Assembly: GCF_009914755.1 (NCBI RefSeq)
Contig: NC_060942.1
Length of the DNA stretch: 64,000 nt
Direction: 5' to 3' (one strand)
Origin: the human T2T-CHM13v2.0 reference genome, Homo sapiens
The translations under genes were made by a program, and so were the position numbers. The notes beneath the pieces were generated by a model. That model was not told the origin of the DNA. It did no database searches and saw nothing but the letters and a program-made list of their open reading frames with translations. Shown here one piece after another: positions 1 through 15,846 of the stretch (within the stretch, counting starts at the first letter, position 1; each line of letters begins with the position of its first letter).

Positions 1-595
<595 letters not shown>

Positions 596-1076
596 TTACC
601 CAGAAAAAAGAGTGCCAACTCTTTTTGCACATCCTCCAAACCTTCTCAACTGTATTTTTCAAGAACAATCGATAGTTGACATGACTTCTCTGTGTGTGGA
701 GGTGTGCGAGCATGGGGGATCTGCATTCTTATCCTGCAGATAATCAATGAGGAATGAGTGTAAACGTTCCATTCCTGTATACGTTTTCTTGTTTCTAGCT
801 TAGGCCACCTGTTACCAGATAAGGATTTCCTAGCAGTAAATTAATTAAACCTTTACCTATCTTGAAGTCCAACAATACATAATTTATATTATTTTTCTCC
901 TGGACTAAAATTTATTTTGCATTTTTAATGATTACCATTTGCAAAATAATAAGTGATGTATTTTGGGAGTGGGTGAGGGAGAAATGGGAACAGAAAGTGT
1001 ATATTGAAGTTATATTAGAGAGAAAGCTTTTTTCTAAACAGCAATTTTCGTATGAAAAACAGAGGTTATTTGTTAA

Positions 1077-1557
<481 letters not shown>

Positions 1558-2040
1558 TTAAATAGAAGTTAGTGTAGGTTGTTGTTGTATTTTTTTTCCA
1601 TAAAGAAGCTGATAGAATCAATATATCATTTTATTAGTTGAAAGCGCAGTGAACCTAAGTCAAGCAATCTAGACCCTGCTTTTGAAAAAGTTGGTTTAGT
1701 TTTTAAAACCAAATGGGATTCTCGTGAAGCAAAAAATATTTAGTCACAAATTACAGATGTGTGACTTGCAGTGAAGGGTCATGTGTGCAAGAGTTATGAG
1801 AGATGGGAGAAGAGAGAGAAGGTGAGGGAGGGAGGACAAGCATGCAGATAAGTTACCTGAAATTCTCCTACTTTTTTCAAACCTAAAGGTCAGAATGTTA
1901 TGTTTTAAAACTTTGTAATATGGCTGTTTGTGTTTCTATGTCACCATCTGGCTGTGCTGGCTAAAAACAGCTCCATGTTGGATGTATCAAGTCCTTCTAG
2001 ACTTCACCCCCCATCTTCCATTCCCATCATTTCATACACA

Positions 2041-2043
<3 letters not shown>

Positions 2044-2095
<52 letters not shown>
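2044..2095. repeat. (AC)26 microsatellite
   Basis: Direct read. Confidence 0.95.
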
Positions 2096-2098
<3 letters not shown>

Positions 2099-2559
2099 AA
2101 GGAAATCATTAGCCATTACTTTTTCTAAAAGTTAATTTTGTCTAGTCAATAAAGTAAAACAATGTTCCTGGAGATCTCAAAGTGAGATACTGATTTGGTG
2201 AACATGTTTCCTGAACCAAAAAAAATCAAGGCGCGTAGTCTGACCGGTGCAAACAGAAGTGGAAATAAATATTTGAGAGTAGGACTATCCAAAAGAGAAG
2301 TTTTCCTTCTGTGATTGGTCTAAAATAAGCTAGTAGAACTAAAAGCATTAAAGTTCCATCTAAAAATAAAATGGAATTGTTCTCTCTGACAAGAAGAAAT
2401 TGTATAAACATAGGAATATAAATAGCTAGAAAGAAAAAGACAATAGAGCATAATTCTGGGACTACTTGGCCCCATTAGTAAACAAATCATTTAGACCGAG
2501 GAATAAGGAGTTACTGATCAGGCAAGCAGGATCATTCACTATGAGAGCTTATCCAGAAG

Positions 2560-2760
2560 ACATATGATGTCTGGAATTTGCTTTAAAGTAATATAGGTGA
2601 AGACGAAGTGTGTAAGGGAGAAGGCGACACTAGATGGGTCATGAATTGATCATTGTTGAAGCTGGGTGATGGTTCTTTGGGGATTTATTACACTAGGATC
2701 TCCTCACTATTGGATATATTTAAAATTTTCCATAATCAAAAGTAAAAAAAGCAAAACAAA
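2560..2760 (+). mobile_element. Old L1 (L1ME-like) 3' end
   Basis: gatgtctggaatttgctttaaa...ttgttgaagctgggtgatgg...aaaattttccataat followed by A tail. Confidence 0.6.
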
Positions 2761-2817
2761 CAAAAACACTCTGGACACAACAGAGTCCTTGTTTCTGAAG
2801 TCACCTCACTATTTTAA

Positions 2818-3835
<1,018 letters not shown>

Positions 3836-4099
3836 TTACCTGCATTAGGATTAACATTTCCAGTTTTGCAGATTTGGTCATCCAAATCCAAAGCCATTTG
3901 GGTTGGTAAATGGTTTGACAGTATTTGTTCTTATTTCTTGTAAAAGGCAATGAATAGTTGGCTCCCAGAGTGTCATTAGGGGTTATTCACATTTGCTGAT
4001 GATTAACCACTAATGGCTCTTGGACTCCAGACACTGACTTCAACTTACCACTTTCCGCCCCGATTAGAAAGGCCTTCCCCAGTCTAAACACAACTGTGT

Positions 4100-6780
4100 C
4101 CCATTTCAGATGCCTGCTCAGGTTTTTATACAAGATTTGTGAAAAATCTCCTTTAACACAAATGAGAACGAAACGTAAATGTCCGATAATTGGGCATTGG
4201 TACATAAATTATATCCATAGTTACAATGGACTATTATTTAGTTGTTAAAAACGGATGTAGGCTCCCTGAGTCAGTCTAAGATTGGGCTGGTGTCTTCCTC
4301 TCCACACTTACATCACTCCAAAGGTAGTAACTGTTAATCTTTCTACACTTATCCTTCCAGAAAAATACAGGCATACAAAAATTTTATGCAAAAGGGATAA
4401 TATTGTAGAGTTCTATACCTGGCTTTTAAATAAAACAACTTAACATCTATTAATAATCTTTCCATATCAGTTCAGTCTGATTTACTTTATTGTTGTAATG
4501 ACAGAAAAACAAAGTTTTCATGTCCCCCCCTCCATGTTTTTTGGTTATCTGGATTCCTTTTTAGGTAAAATACAAATCTACAGGCTGTCCAACTTTTTAA
4601 ACACAGAGTTTTTCTTTTCTACGGTTTGTATAAGCGCTTCATGAATTAAGTCAATTGGGCTTATGCCTGAATGTGCTACAACTATTTTTCCAAGTTTCTT
4701 AGCTTTTGAAAATTTTATACAATTTTTCCTTAAACATAAATTCTTTCTAAGAAACAAAGTACTTATAAACATTTATATCTCATCATTTCTTGATTTTGTG
4801 CTCTGGTTAGAAAGGCCTTCCCCACTCCAAGATCATACATTTACTCATGCTTTCTTCTAGAAGTGTGTGTTTCACCCTTGGCACTACTGACATTTTGAAC
4901 AGGAGAATTCTTGGTGTGGGGGCTGTGGTGTGCGTGGTAGAATGTTGGGCAGCATCCCTGGTCTCTATCCACTAGATGCCAGTAGCAACACCTCCTCTCC
5001 AGCTGCAGTCACCAAACATGTCTCCCGACATTGTCAAATGTTCCCTGGAAGGAAAAATTGCCACATACACACCCTGCTTTGAGAACCACTATTCTAGAAT
5101 ATACATAGGTGCATTTTAAATTACTTTTACATTTCATTCAGATGAATTGTACTTATGTTAAGGGAGTGAAATGGAGATTTAGCTTTATTTTTTTAACCGA
5201 AGGTAGTCAATTATCCCAATTCAATTTATCTCTGATATGAAAAGCCACCTTTGCCAAAATCTAAATCCCCATTATATTCTAATCTGCCTCCTTATTGTTT
5301 CTTCTTTATTATTTCTCCAGCATAAAACTTTTACATTTAAATTATAGACTTCAAAATATGCTTTAATATTTGGAAGGCTTCCCCAGTGTTCCCCTATACC
5401 AGCTCTTCTCTTTCAGAATTTCCCCAGCTGCTGTGAGGTTTTAATTTCAATGAACTGTGGCATTGTTTCATCAATTAAAAAGAAAAAGAAAGCCCTGTTG
5501 GTATTTTAATGAAAATCACTTTGAATTTAAAGACTGATTTGGGGAGAATAAACATCTTTATATAACTTTCACTATTGGATCTTGCTAGAAAGAATAAGTT
5601 GTCTTTTATTTTACTTGTCTTCCTTTATGTCTCTCAGTAGGGTTTTAAAGTTTTCTTTATAAAACTTGCACAAATTTCTGTCAATTTTATTCCTAGATAT
5701 TTCATCATTTTATTGCTATTATAAATGGCTACTCTAGAGCTTTGGGAAGAAGTTAACTGTGATAAATGGAAATGTGGATGAATTAGCCCTTTAATGGAAA
5801 GAAAAGGAATAAGTTAAAAACTGGTACAGTATTCTGAAGGTCTTTTATAATATAAATATAGTACTTAGCCCAATGATTTTTTTTTAAACAAATGGGGACA
5901 CATTGCCTTCTTGCATTTATAATATTAGTTCACTGCTTTTTGCTCTTTGTCAGATGAGCTTTTAAGCTAATACAAAAATAGGCTGTCCCTTACTTATCAT
6001 TTTAAAAAGAAAAGAAAAAAGAATATACAAAAAAAATCAATACAATAGAAAAGTTGGCAAAAGTTATGAACAGGATTGTGCAGTAGCTCAACTTGTAATC
6101 CAAGCACTTTGGGAGACTGAGATGGGAGGATCCCTTGAAACCAAGGAGTTCAAGACCAGCCTGGGCAACATAGTGAGACCGCATCTCTACTTTTATTAAA
6201 TAAATAAAAAATCTTTAAAAAATAATGTTATGAATAAGCAAGAAGAAGAAATAAAAATGACTAATACATACACAAAAATGGGCTCACCCTCTCAAAGAAA
6301 TGTGAACAATAAAAACATTTGGTTCCATTTACTTACCTGGGAGATAGACAAATAGGAAATTGATTGATAATATTCAGCGTTAGTGAGGGCACAAAGAAAG
6401 AGATCTCACATAACTTTGGTGAGATTTTAAATAGGTAAGATCATTTGGAGGCAATTTGGCAATATCTATCAAAATTCTGAATGAAACACGTTTTGATGCA
6501 GCTATTCCACCTCCCAGAAACTCCTACAGATATGCTCACAGAAGCCCCAAAAGATCTGCATACAAACTAACATTCTGTTGGGCCCAGCTGGTTCATTATC
6601 AGTATGCCCCAGTACACAATCAGAAGGGGCTCTTCTAATTGGCTGATGCGCGTATTCTATCAGTTGTTAAATATTTCAAATGTAATTGCACTATCTTTTT
6701 GTGCTGAGTTACACATTGGAAACAATTAAATGCTCATTACTAAGAAAATAAATGAAAAAGCAAATTGCAGAATATTAGTA
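4100..6780. mobile_element. Degraded old L1 (L1M) fragments, interrupted by MER20 and an Alu monomer (6075-6215)
   Basis: L1-like phrases such as ttggcaatatctatcaaaatt and aatttaaagactgatttggggagaa. Confidence 0.5.
4862..5091 (-). mobile_element. MER20 (hAT-Charlie)
   Basis: ggcactactgacattttg...catccctggtctctatccactagatgccagtagc...tgagaaccact; includes the CTCF-like CCACTAGATGCCAG typical of MER20. Confidence 0.8.
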
Positions 6781-6809
6781 TTGTTTAGATTATTGGCTCA
6801 TGGGTTATA

Positions 6810-7995
<1,186 letters not shown>

Positions 7996-8076
7996 TATAG
8001 TCTCACTTTCATGCATTATTCATTTGATAAATATTGGGTACCTATGATGTGTTAGGCACTGTATTAAGTGCATAAA

Positions 8077-8172
8077 GGTTTTGTTTGTTTTTGTTTTTTG
8101 TTGTTGTTGTTTTTGAGACGGAGTCTCACTCTGTCACCCAGGCTTGAGTACAGTGGTGCGATCTCGGTTCAC
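8077..8172 (-). mobile_element. Severely 5'-truncated Alu with TSD TTAAGTGCATAAA, inside an L2-like fragment
   Basis: TSD at 8064-8076 and 8173-8185. Confidence 0.8.
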
Positions 8173-8361
8173 TTAAGTGCATAAATATTTAATAATGAAA
8201 ATTTTTTAAAAATAAAAAAACAAAACAAATTTAAAAAAAGATTTAATAATGAACATACATTTGAGTGGGAGGTCAGAGGGAAAAAACCAAGCCAACAGTC
8301 AAATAAGCAAAATAATTGAAAACTGTGATGTTATGGAAGAAATAAAGGATTGAGCTAGATT

Positions 8362-8593
8362 TGTGGTTCTGAACCAGGGGTGATCCTCCTCCCCATGGGG
8401 ATTTCTATCCCCATGGAACATCTGCCAACATATGGAGACATCTGTGTTTGTCACAGCTTGGGGGAAGGATGCCACTGGCACACACTGGTTAGTGTCCAGG
8501 GATGTCACTAAATATCCTACAATGCACAGGACAGCCCCACAAGAAAGAATGATCCAGCCCCAAACGTCAATAGGGCTGTGGTTGAGAACTCCT
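8362..8593 (+). mobile_element. MER20
   Basis: gtggttctgaaccagggg...atcctacaatgcacaggacagcccc...gttgagaac. Confidence 0.75.
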
Positions 8594-8907
8594 GAGCCAC
8601 ACGATGGCAGCGGGGCTACCTAATTTAGGTCAGGTGATCAGCGAAGACTCCTCTAAGAAGTAACATTTAGGCCTAGCCTTGACTGGTGAGAAACTGCCAG
8701 AGGATCAACAAGTGGTGAAGGAACATCCCGGGCAGAGGGGACTTGGGAACAAGTAACAATGGAAAACCCATTGCCTTTGTGCATAATATACAAATGCCTA
8801 AATGAAGAATGGAAGGGGGCAGTTACCAGGTCGGCCATGTCTCACTTAGTATATTCTCTCTTGCTTGAATTTTCAGAACTTTTTTTGTAGTTAAAAAATG
8901 AGAAGAA

Positions 8908-9358
<451 letters not shown>

Positions 9359-9579
9359 TTAGTTTCTGCCCTCCACATCCATCTGACCTTCTGAAATGAC
9401 AAGATTTCCCAGAGACCACTTGATTTATAATCAGATAATTTATGTTGGGTACCCAGTTTTATGCCTTTTAACTTTGTTATATTTGGATGTGTTAAGTGAT
9501 CTTGACTTTTTAAAAAAAATAACTAACATCACTAGTTTGGGCATTAAGTGAGATTAAATAAGTGTTTCATAAACTGTAA

Positions 9580-10000
<421 letters not shown>

Positions 10001-11204
10001 TGATGACTTGGCTACAGAGGAAAAAGGAGGGCCGGGAAGGGAAGTGCAGGCTAGGAAAAGTGACTAAAAACAAAAGTAGTAGCACCAGTTACACTATTCA
10101 TGCAAGGAAGCTGAGGAGAATTATCCTGATGGGGCTGATAAAATCACCTCAAGATGGCTCTAGGCCACCCCAGGTTCTTAAGACAATGGTCAGCTCTTTC
10201 TTAAGCAGTCCAAGACCCTCTGACCTGAGATGTGACTGGATGATTACAGACCTCTTGTCCAGTGTTTAGAGCCTAGCTGTCTGCATATTTTATAAAGATA
10301 TCTGCCTTCCAGAGACTGGAAGTGAAAGAGATCCAATGACTGGGTGAGTCACCCTTTCTCCACCTAGAACACAGTCCTTGATGGAACTCATGCTTTATCA
10401 ATTGTTGTTGAGTAGAAGAAACAAATACATCCTCCAATCTTCACTTGGTGGACCTGGCATCAAAAAATAATCATATTAAGTGCGTTTATTAGTACACTTT
10501 TCTGGCTTATCTGCCTTTCCAAGTTTCTATTTGAGTTCTTGCCTTTGAAGGGTTTGCAGGCTGTGAAAAGTAACTTAACTTTTTAACAACTTTCTTTGCT
10601 TGGCCTTGAGGCAGCTTCAGAAGATAAGACGCCAAAAGGAACTATGTGTGCCTGGAGAGAAAAAAAATAATGGTGAAAAACGTTTATCAGTAGCCTCCGC
10701 CAGCACCAAGCAACGCCTCAATTTTACTCAAGCAATTTCCCAATTCAAGTAACATTCATATGAATCAGCAAATAATATGTAGCAAATTTGAATCTATATA
10801 CTTTAAAAAAAAAAAAAAAGCACTGGAAAGAATCTTAAAAGTCATTGAATCCGTTTTATAGCAAGGCCCCGAGACTGGAAGGGACTGACAGAGCTAGAAA
10901 TGAAACTTGTTTTTCCACCTCGAGAAAAACGAATCAACAAAAAATACCCTAAGCAATTGCTGGTATCTGAAGCCCACTTTTTTGAGGCTGTTCCCTTTGT
11001 TACGTTGCGCTGACCCTAGGCACTTTCTTCCCAGAATGCACCAAGAATCCGAAACTCCAAACAAGTTTGAGATCAGCGTTGGCTGGGGGGAGGCAGTGGG
11101 GGTGCATCTACGGGAGCGGTTGGGCTGTAAGCTTTCGCTACATCACAGAATTGTGCCAGTGTTTCTCTTTGGAGTGCCTCGCCAGCTTTAACAACCGTTT
11201 GGAT

Positions 11205-11262
11205 ATGACTTGCTCGGGCAAAAGTTGTGCATTGGCCCGATCAAGCCTGACTTCTAGCCAAG
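11205..11262 (+). CDS. TGIF1: TGIF1 alternative first coding exon (MTCSGKSCALARSSLTSSQ-G; 286-aa isoform)
   Basis: ATG at 11205, 58 nt (19 codons+1) to CAAG|gtgagt donor; phase 1 matches exon 2; N-terminus recognised as a TGIF1 isoform. Confidence 0.85.
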
Positions 11263-11899
11263 GTGAGTTCACATCTCCGTTTTTTCCTCCCCCTAATTCG
11301 AAAGAGGCTTTCAATTGTCTCCGCCCCTCCCCCCTTCCCCTGGAAAGTTTGTTTTCAAGCTATAAACCCTTTCCAATTCTCGGTTCCCATCTCGGTTGCC
11401 TGAGAATCGCAGTCATTAGCCAAGTCCACTTGGACGAAAGCAAAGCTACCTTTGTGTACATAATGAGAGCCACCGCGTGGCCAAGGAGAACCACGGGGAA
11501 GAGGGAAACATTTTTGTCTCGAGCTGGCTAAAGCGGGCGGGGGGGGAGGTAGGGTTAAACCGACCGAAGGCGTGTTTTTGTGGAGTGGCTTCGAAAGCGG
11601 CCGAGGCAGCCGAAGCCGCTTTCGAAGTTAGCAAACAAAGCGTCTCCCCAGTAACCGCCCGGTTCCAGACGAGGCTCCTGCCACTCAGGCCGCGGAGTCG
11701 CAGCGTCGCCCAGCCCCCGGCTCCTCCTCCCTGCGTCTCTCCTCCCTCCGCTCCCGGCTCCCCAGCGGATAGGAGCCACCAATCCCAGCCACAGACAACC
11801 CTTCAAACGAAATAGCGAGGCGGCCCCCTCTAACGGGCGGCGGGGGCGCTGGCCCCCTCCCTGCGCCACATCTGTCCCGCACCGGGCGCAGCAGCTGAT

Positions 11900-12058
11900 T
11901 CATCTGCAGCCAGGTCCGGGAAGGAACTGTGCTCCCGGCAGTTGCAGGGCAGCGTCCGGGCGGGTGGCTTGTCCCCAGGACCGCGCTCCCCCCGAGCCGT
12001 TTTAGGTGTGTGTTCTCTTCTGTCCCGAGCAGTCAGCAAACCACAGAAGAAAAAAATC
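11900..12058 (+). other. Candidate non-coding TGIF1 first exon (start uncertain)
   Basis: Donor-like ATC|gtaagg at 12058/12059 inside the CpG island; would use the exon-2 ATG at 19863. Confidence 0.4.
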
Positions 12059-13954
12059 GTAAGGTTGCTGCCTTCTTAGAGAGACGCTTTTTTTCCCTGT
12101 TGATTCATTTTAGTCCTGTAATTGGAAAAACCACCCAGGCTTTTTAAACTCTGGCCTCCACGCATTCTAGGGGCGGGGGTGTCTTTTTTTTTTTTTTTTT
12201 TTTGAGGGAGGGTGGCAGGCTAGCTCTAGTTCCTGAAACAGACGCTCCGAAGTCGAGTTAGTTATCCCTTGGCCGTCTTAGTACTCCTCGGGTTTAATCT
12301 TATTTCCACAGAGTTTCTTCTGCCGGGATCTCCACCGAGGTTACCGAACAAAAACAGCACAGAGCCCAGACTGGAGGCAGACCCGGGCGCTGTCTCTGCT
12401 AGGCTTATTTACGTTTAGGGCTTTTCTTTCCTTTTTTTAAAGTGATGGGGGAAGTCTCATTGTGTGGCATGTGACAGTTCGTTTGCTTCAAAACAACAGG
12501 ACGTAACCACGCGAAAACTAGAACCAGAGGAGGGGGCATGCGTTTCTTCAAGTCAGCCAAACAGCATCTGGTCTTTGAAAGCGCAATTTCATCAAGAAAC
12601 TCCTGTTGGATCCCTCCTAACTGTGGACCAAAATAAGCCAACAGGAACGGGTGTTTACTTAATGGCTAGTTTCTGTTTGAAATGGGAGGAGGGATCCCCT
12701 AGCAGGGTTCCAATCCGAAGAGTAGACACTGTTGACCGAAACAGACGAGCAGGCACGGCGTGGTCACCCCTTAGCTATAAAAGTGGCCGCTGCCGGGGTT
12801 CGGCGACTCGGGGTGTCAGGCGGAGTCTTGGTGAGGCAGGCGCGCGCCCGGCCGTCCCCGGGCAGAGACGTTTAAAGAGCATGTGAGCGTGACAAGTGTC
12901 TGTCCGCAACGTGTCAGATTTCGAAACTGCCTTGCAATCCAGTCCGGAACTCGCAGCTTTAGCCCGGGGGAACAGACGTTCGTTTAGGCTGTGTCTCATC
13001 ATTCCCCCCCGCCCCACCCCCGCCGACCTCCCACTGTCGCTGCTGGAGGAAGAGCCCCGGGAGGAGAAGGGTGCGCCGCGCCGCGCCCGCGTGTCAATGG
13101 CAGCCGCGCATTCTGGAAGAAGTTGGTTCTTGTCTCGAATACTTTTCCTCCCGTGCCCCGCCCCTTGAATCAGAGGCGGCTGTCTCGTGCGGCTAGAGCA
13201 GGGCCAGTAGAGTTCGGGGCAGCTGTCAAAAACGAGACGGGGAGGCTTTTCTTCCCGGGGGTGGAGGAGGGAAGGAGGGAGGTGTCCTTTTTTCCATCTG
13301 TTGCAGTTTCCGAACCAAACGCACCCTCGCCAGCCCCGGGAAGAAAGGCCCAAGGGAGAAACCTGGGGCGCTCGGCTGGTGCCCCCACCGCCGGGCGAGG
13401 GATGCGGGCGGTCCGTGCGCGGCAGGCGGAAAGGATCGTGTTTCTGGACCCGGCCACCCCCCGCGTCCGCACCGCCGCCCCCGAGGGACGAGTGACAGCG
13501 GCCGCCGCGCTCGGTCCAGTCTTCCCGGCTGGAAGGTGCGGGGGAGGGGCGGAGGAGCGGCGGGGCGGGAGGGGGACGGGGCGGGCGGCTGGGGGCGGAG
13601 GCAGGACCTCCTGTACCTTCCCTCCTCGCCTCTCTCACTCTGACAGCGCCGAGGTGCGCCGAGCAGGAGCAGGGAACAAAGGAGCGGAGAGGGGAGGGGA
13701 GAGAGTTGGGCGAGGGAGAGCCCCCGGCCGGCTGCCAGAAGATCCCGGCGGGAGGAAGCCCAAGTGTCACTTGAATTCCACCCAAGGAGCGGGCGCCTGG
13801 GATCAGAGCGTCCTGTTTAGCAATAACGGCTGGAGCACGTCCTACAAGTTACGGGAGAGTCGGCTGTGAAGGAGACGTTCGCTTATCCCCTGTGTCCCCG
13901 CTCCTGGCCCCTCCAGACCCCCGCCTTGCCTCGCGCTGGGAGGGGAGATCCAGA

Positions 13955-13970
13955 ATGAAAGGCAAGAAAG
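13955..13970 (+). CDS. TGIF1: TGIF1 major first coding exon (MKGKK-G; 272-aa isoform)
   Basis: agaATGAAAGGCAAGAAAG|gtaagg; 16+227+576 nt gives 272 aa plus stop. Confidence 0.95.
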
Positions 13971-15029
13971 GTAAGGCGGCCGCGGGCTGCGCGCACCAGA
14001 AGACGCGAGTCCGGGGAAACGTGCTGGCCGGGCCGCGCCGCGCGGAGTCACTTGGTGGACTTTTCCGCCCAGGGGCTCTCATGCTGGAGTGGCGGCCGTG
14101 CTCTTTGTTGAGGCTGCGTCTGAAACGGCAGCGGCTGTTTTCCTGCTAGACACAACACGAGGGGCTGTTGTGGGGCGAGCCTCTCCACGCTGCTGGCACG
14201 TTGTCAAGAAACACGCTCAGCGCCTTGTTTGTGCGCCTGCAAGTTTCATTGTCTCCGCCGACACCCCACGCTCGGCCCAGCCGCCGCGTGGCTTCTCGCT
14301 CTTTCTCGCGTGCTGGGGATATGGGGTCCGAGTAGGGAGGACCCAGCCCCTCGTTTTTCCCGATCCGGACCCAGGCGGCCGGGGCCGCGGGACCGCCGCG
14401 GCTTTGTCTGAAAGTTCCACTCCTAGGCTCCCCCCGCCCCCGCCCCCGCCGCCCCCCTACTCCCAGCCGGGCCCTAGCACTGTTCTTTAGGGATGTGGTG
14501 TTTTTACGATCGAAGGAATGCGATTCTGGACCCCCTCATCGCCCTCGGGTGTAAACAGCTTTGGAAAGCTAGACTTTTACAAATCCCCAGTCTCTAAAAG
14601 TTTTCCCACGATGAATTTTGGGGCAGGAGGAAGAGTTAGCACCCAGGGCCAGCAGCTTCAAGCGGCATGCAGTCAAAATGCGTCCAAATGTGACAAGCAG
14701 GCTTGGTTGTAAGTGCAAAGAGCAAGGCTGTCATTGTTTCCACGAAGTGTTCTGGAAGCTTTACAACTAAAACTTGCCGTCAGTTTGGTTTAAAAACAAA
14801 ATACACCGGAGGGGGACGGGGGGTGGAGAAACCACACAAAACACCCCGAAAGGTCAGAGTGTGAAGTCCCTTTTGAAGTTAACAAAAATTGAGTCCCTGG
14901 CTGGGAGGTCCCCCGAGTGTTCCGCTGTGGGCTGGAGGTGGCGTTTCTGTCGTGATTTATGTGGAGTGGTTCAAAACAGAAGTTAATCACTCGGGAAGCG
15001 GACGGGAGGGGCGGCGCTACTGCGCATGC

Positions 15030-15240
15030 CCGGGAGCCGCCTGGAGTTTGGAACTCCACATTCTTTCAGACCCGGCCCGCTGCGGGGCGTTCCTGGGGGG
15101 TAGCCTCAAGGCCAGCGGGGTTCCTTCGGCTGCGTTTCTGTGGGAGGCCCTGAAACGCGCGGAGCTTCCCTCTGCCTCCAGGCTTTCCCAGCGAGAGTGA
15201 AATTAAACTTGAAACTCGGATCAACTGGCAGTCGTTGTTG
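15030..15240 (+). other. Candidate non-coding TGIF1 first exon (start uncertain)
   Basis: Downstream of a GC box and NRF1-like site; donor-like TTG|gtagaa at 15240/15241. Confidence 0.35.
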
Positions 15241-15444
15241 GTAGAACGCCCTAAGGACCCCTCCCCGCGGGACGGAGGGAGGACTCGGGACAGGGAATTG
15301 GCCCTGGGAGAAAACGCGCGGGGGGCGTCCGAGACGCCCCGTGAAAGCCGTGCCGACCCTTGGGAGGACTGACAGGTCTAGAGACACGCGCTGTCTGTTG
15401 TGGTGGGCCTCCCGGGAATAAGTGAGGGGCTCTGTGTTTCGAGG

Positions 15445-15846
15445 ATGGTTCTAGCGCAGAGCCGGGTGTCTGCCGGGGTGGGCTCCCCGCATTGTTCGGG
15501 CTCCGGCGGGGGCGGCTCTGATTCCTTTCCATGGCCCGCCTCCCACCCCGGGAATCCCCAGTGCTCCTTTTCCACGGCTTTTCTGGCGTCCCCCCGACTC
15601 TCCCGCGGCACTTTGGCCTACCTTCCCCCAGCGCCGTGGTCCTCCCTGGCGACCCCCTCTGCGCTCCTGGGGTCCTCCTGCGCCCCCCCCCTCCACCGGC
15701 GCGCTGCCCACAGCCGCGTGCCCTCTCCCCGGAGCTGGGGACCAAGGCTGGGCCCCGCCGGCCGCATCGGTGGGAACTTCCGCGGTCCCCATCCCAGGGC
15801 GCACAGGGTCCAGCTCCTCGGCGCCGACTCCTGGAAACAATGAAAG
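15445..15846 (+). CDS. TGIF1: TGIF1 long-isoform first exon (MVLAQSRVSAG...ETMK-G), frameshifted in this sequence
   Basis: N-terminal half (MVLAQ...GSSCAPP) is in ORF 15400..15843 and the C-terminal half (PPPARCPQ...LLETMK) is in ORF 15531..16007; frames switch at the C9 run 15683-15691; donor AAAG|gtgacg at 15846/15847. Confidence 0.8.

Noticed and set aside
6330-6340. TACTTACCTGG, matching the U1 snRNA 5' end
   Set aside because: Only 11 nt; the rest of U1 is absent. It is simply a reverse-complement splice-donor consensus.
12775-13869. Long overlapping ORFs of 336 aa (-) and 292 aa (+)
   Set aside because: GC-rich CpG-island frames depleted of stops, non-ATG starts, low-complexity G/P/R/A content, no recognisable domain.
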